In this document: positions 60,601-64,000 of the stretch, piece after piece | How positions within the stretch are numbered: the first letter of the stretch is position 1 | Layout of the letters: each line of letters starts with the position of its first letter | Assembly (NCBI RefSeq): GCF_001949145.1 | Contig: NW_019091357.1 | Coordinates: 4,178,228 to 4,242,227, forward strand | From: Acanthaster planci | Lineage: Eukaryota | Reading direction: 5' to 3' | DNA length: 64,000 bases | Notes under the pieces: generated by a model | Told to the model about the DNA's origin: nothing | What the model saw: the letters and a program-made list of their open reading frames with translations, nothing else | The model's database searches: none | Program-made: the position numbers and the translations under genes

Positions 60601-63600
60601 GGCATTGACAGTTGTCGTAGTTACGGCAGTGCACACTCTAAATAATAACAACAGAATATTAATGCCGTTGCCTGGCTATTTTCATAGCACTGTCCCCTTC
60701 CCCGCGGGCCGAGTGAGGTCACACACGCGAATTGGTTTGTAGTCTACATAGGACGTGTACCTTCTTTTACGGGCGGTAAAACTGGTTTGGTTGCCATGTA
60801 CCGTTTACATAAAATGTTCCCAGCTACTGAACTCCAGCTGTCTGAATAGCTTTCAAACGAAGCAGTAGCCAAGGACAAAAACGTCAGGAGCTTGTCACAC
60901 GTGATATTAATCATACGTGGAGCTCATTACTATTTACGTTATAAAAACCTAAATAAAAAAATACCACTCTCCTCCGTGTGTGACTCGAGTGCCTATTCAG
61001 CAAAACGAGATCAGACTTCGGTAATTTCATCTTCAGTGTCATTCTTAACTGTCTACATAGTCTGAGAAAAACGGGTGGGGAAAACGCCCACGAGAAGATT
61101 TATCACTTCTGGTCCACTGTTCAAAAAAAGCCAAGGCTTGGTCTTCAGGTTGAGAAGACACTGACAAAGATCTGGCAAAGAACTACTCAAAACGGACTGG
61201 CGTGCTGTTCTGAACACGGATACCTGAGTTATACGGAAGTTTTCTCCACGATTCCTAATCGAGCGCCGGCTGTCTATACCGTATACGTCTGGCGTCGAGC
61301 CGTATACGGTACATTTCAGGTTAATACAAACCCGAAAATGGCCACGCGAGAAGGCTTTATCGCATAGGCTGTACGCTCAAACGAAATTCTAAACGATGAT
61401 TGGACAGCTCTGCAAATTTGTGAGGAAAGCATGGAAACATTTGAGTGCATAAAATTAAATTACACACCGGGGGGAAATTAGTTTCGCTTCTGCATCCAAT
61501 ATATCAGTGACCAGCTGCACCTGTTCTTCACGAGCAATTGTTTTGGGATCGTCTCGAACAATAAGTGTTTGTTTTGACTCCATGGGACACTTCACCAAAA
61601 TTTCAAAAATCGACCCATAAGAAAAGCACACGGTTGTCATAACCACTATGAGCGTTTGAAACTTCGGATGTGAAATTGCACAACGACACGCACGTTTATT
61701 ATCTTTTCACACTGACCAAAAAAACAGAGGGTAAACGAGCAAGCACCTGTTGGCATGCGTGCAAATACTTAAACAAGAGAAGGGTTCTGTCAAGTTGCAT
61801 TATGTACCAATCAAACGTTATGGGTTTAACCTTGTTCGATACAAAAAAGTACTGTTTTTCAAAGCGAAGATGGGTTTGGATAACAATGGCTAAGGCAGAC
61901 TTGGCTGTAACAGAATTTTGACGGACAAAGGAAGGCGAGAGTGGCCTCGGAATGTGTCCCGGGATGGAACGTGCGACGGGGGCGGGGGAGTCGCTGTTGG
62001 GATGCGACTGAGTGGGGGCTAGACTCTGAATGGGCCCAATGCTCAGAAGGTTGAGTGGGTCCCTCTAGCGCGCAATCTAAATAGTACTTATGGTTGCCTA
62101 AAACAAATTCTCAAAAAGTTTTGAATCGAATGTAAACAACGTCCAGTCAATAGAAAAAGGCCTACACTGGGCGTTAAGTTTGTAACAGCAAAACGCATAC
62201 CGTATTCTTCAAATTCTTATAATTTGCTATTAAATACCGACTAGTTTGTATACTTGCGTTTTCAGCGTCTTAAACGGACCAATGACCAACAGAAGACTTA
62301 ATCATTACATGTAAATTTTGCCAAACGGGGACAATTGAAAAACTTGTTTTCCAGTGTCCAAAAATATTGTCGCTTTTAAAGATACGGATCCTATGGCTAC
62401 ACTTCCTAAAATGCTCCTCTCACATTAAAATTCGCCAAAACTACTTTGCAAGGTCATTGAATACGATGGGGGTTAATTGGCCTTAGCGTTATAGCCAGTT
62501 GGAAGCAGGTGGGGCCCAATGCGGCACCAGCCTGCCGACCGATCTGCGAGGGTCGTGACCGAAGGTCAAGACAATTAGGGTCCCCACAGGACATCTGGCC
62601 CGAGTCCCACAAATTTAAAACAAGGATAACCACGGGTCGAAATGGAAGGTACAAAGATTTACTGGTGTTCCGCACGCAACCCTGGCTCGGAAATCTCGAG
62701 ACACCGCATAAAATTTTAAGGAACAGGAGTTTATTTCAAGAGAGGGCGGTTCTGTTTATTTTTTAATGATCCTCCCTTGTTAATACTTAATAAATTTGTA
62801 TCAACTGAAGTTAAAAACCATGGGAAACCAAACAATAAACTGTTGCATTCTTCAATAAACTCAAGGCCTAAAGTTTCAAAGTTTACGAAGAAATGCATAA
62901 TTGTTGACTGCTGGCTATGAATTTAAATTGCAACCAGCCTGAGCATTGCACTCCATGTGTCTGCCTCTCGTATCTTCATTTCACATTTCTCGGAACAGTT
63001 TATCGAAAACTGTGCTCCTGAAAACTGTGCACAACACGTAGTCTATAGTTCAATTGGACAAACGAGAGCAGTGTGCATGTGCGGTATAGAACAGAGCCGC
63101 TCCAAACTCACTAGGCAAGGTATGTGGACTTTCCAGAGGGTCGAGGAGCGATGACTCTACCAGCGTGTTTACTTTACCTTGATAAGTTTTCGTGTAGACG
63201 ACAAAGTGTAGTGAACATCTGTGCGTGGTGGTGAAGGCACCCGCTGCCCTCAATACCGCACAGCCTACAGGAACCGTTATCGATTCCATTTCTAAAAGAA
63301 TGTATCGCCAGAATGTGCCCTCTCGGTTTCAATAACAGACTTTTATCTCTCTCTTTTCGCAGTCCACAATGGCATGAACCAAATCATTAATTTTCTTCGG
63401 ATGGTCTGAAAACGTGCATGTCAGACAGGCATCGAGCACGCGACCTGCGTCGCGTCCCGTGGCAGTACCGTACATTCACTTGGGCGGTGGGCTAAATTTA
63501 GTTCCAGAAAGACACTATCTATCATTCCCAATTTATGTTTTTTATCGGTCTGTGGGTGTTGTTATTGGGTGCTTGAGTTGGAGATCGATACTATCGATAA

Positions 63601-64000
63601 GGGGAACAGGACATGATAGGCTCCAATAATCCCAAGCACCTGTCCGTGCCAAGCACCGCCCATGAACCCACATAGTAACGTTGCGACGGGTTCTAATTCC
63701 CTTATGCAGAGTTCATGGAGTCTTTATTTTCACCTATCGCGGTTTTTTTAAACTTCTTTTCAGGAAAAGCCAAATGAACTATCAGGATCAGAGTAACCAG
63801 TCAGCAAGCGTGATAACTTAGGAGAGAGCACTAATCGTGAAGTTCTAATGCTACAGACCACAAAAAAATACATTACAAATATATAAAAATGCACTTTACA
63901 AAATGTTTAGCCGACCTGTCAAGCCCGTTGCCGCAGTATTACAGTATTACATCCAAAATTAATATTCAAACTGACTCAGTCGGTATACTTTGACCACTTC

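Overview
This is animal genomic DNA, most likely an echinoderm such as a sea star. That assignment is inferred from the SoxC protein style, the TE remnants and the abundant TAGGCCTA/TACATGTA octamers. The only convincing protein-coding gene is an intronless SoxC (Sox4/11/12-group HMG-box transcription factor) on the minus strand at 57022..55889 (377 aa). It has a readable core promoter near 57250-57440, a 14-codon uORF and a long AU-rich putative 3' UTR. The remaining ~54 kb downstream and ~6.5 kb upstream look like a regulatory gene desert. They contain decayed mobile DNA: CR1/L2-type LINE fragments, an Academ-like end with a RecQ-helicase motif I fragment, several MITEs, a long palindrome and tRNA-derived SINE heads. 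They also contain clusters of transcription-factor motifs that are candidate SoxC enhancers and two good CTCF motifs. The many short ORFs in the track are noise. I found no CRISPR array, rRNA or intact transposon, and no clear new biological system. All motif and homology calls were made by eye without database searches.
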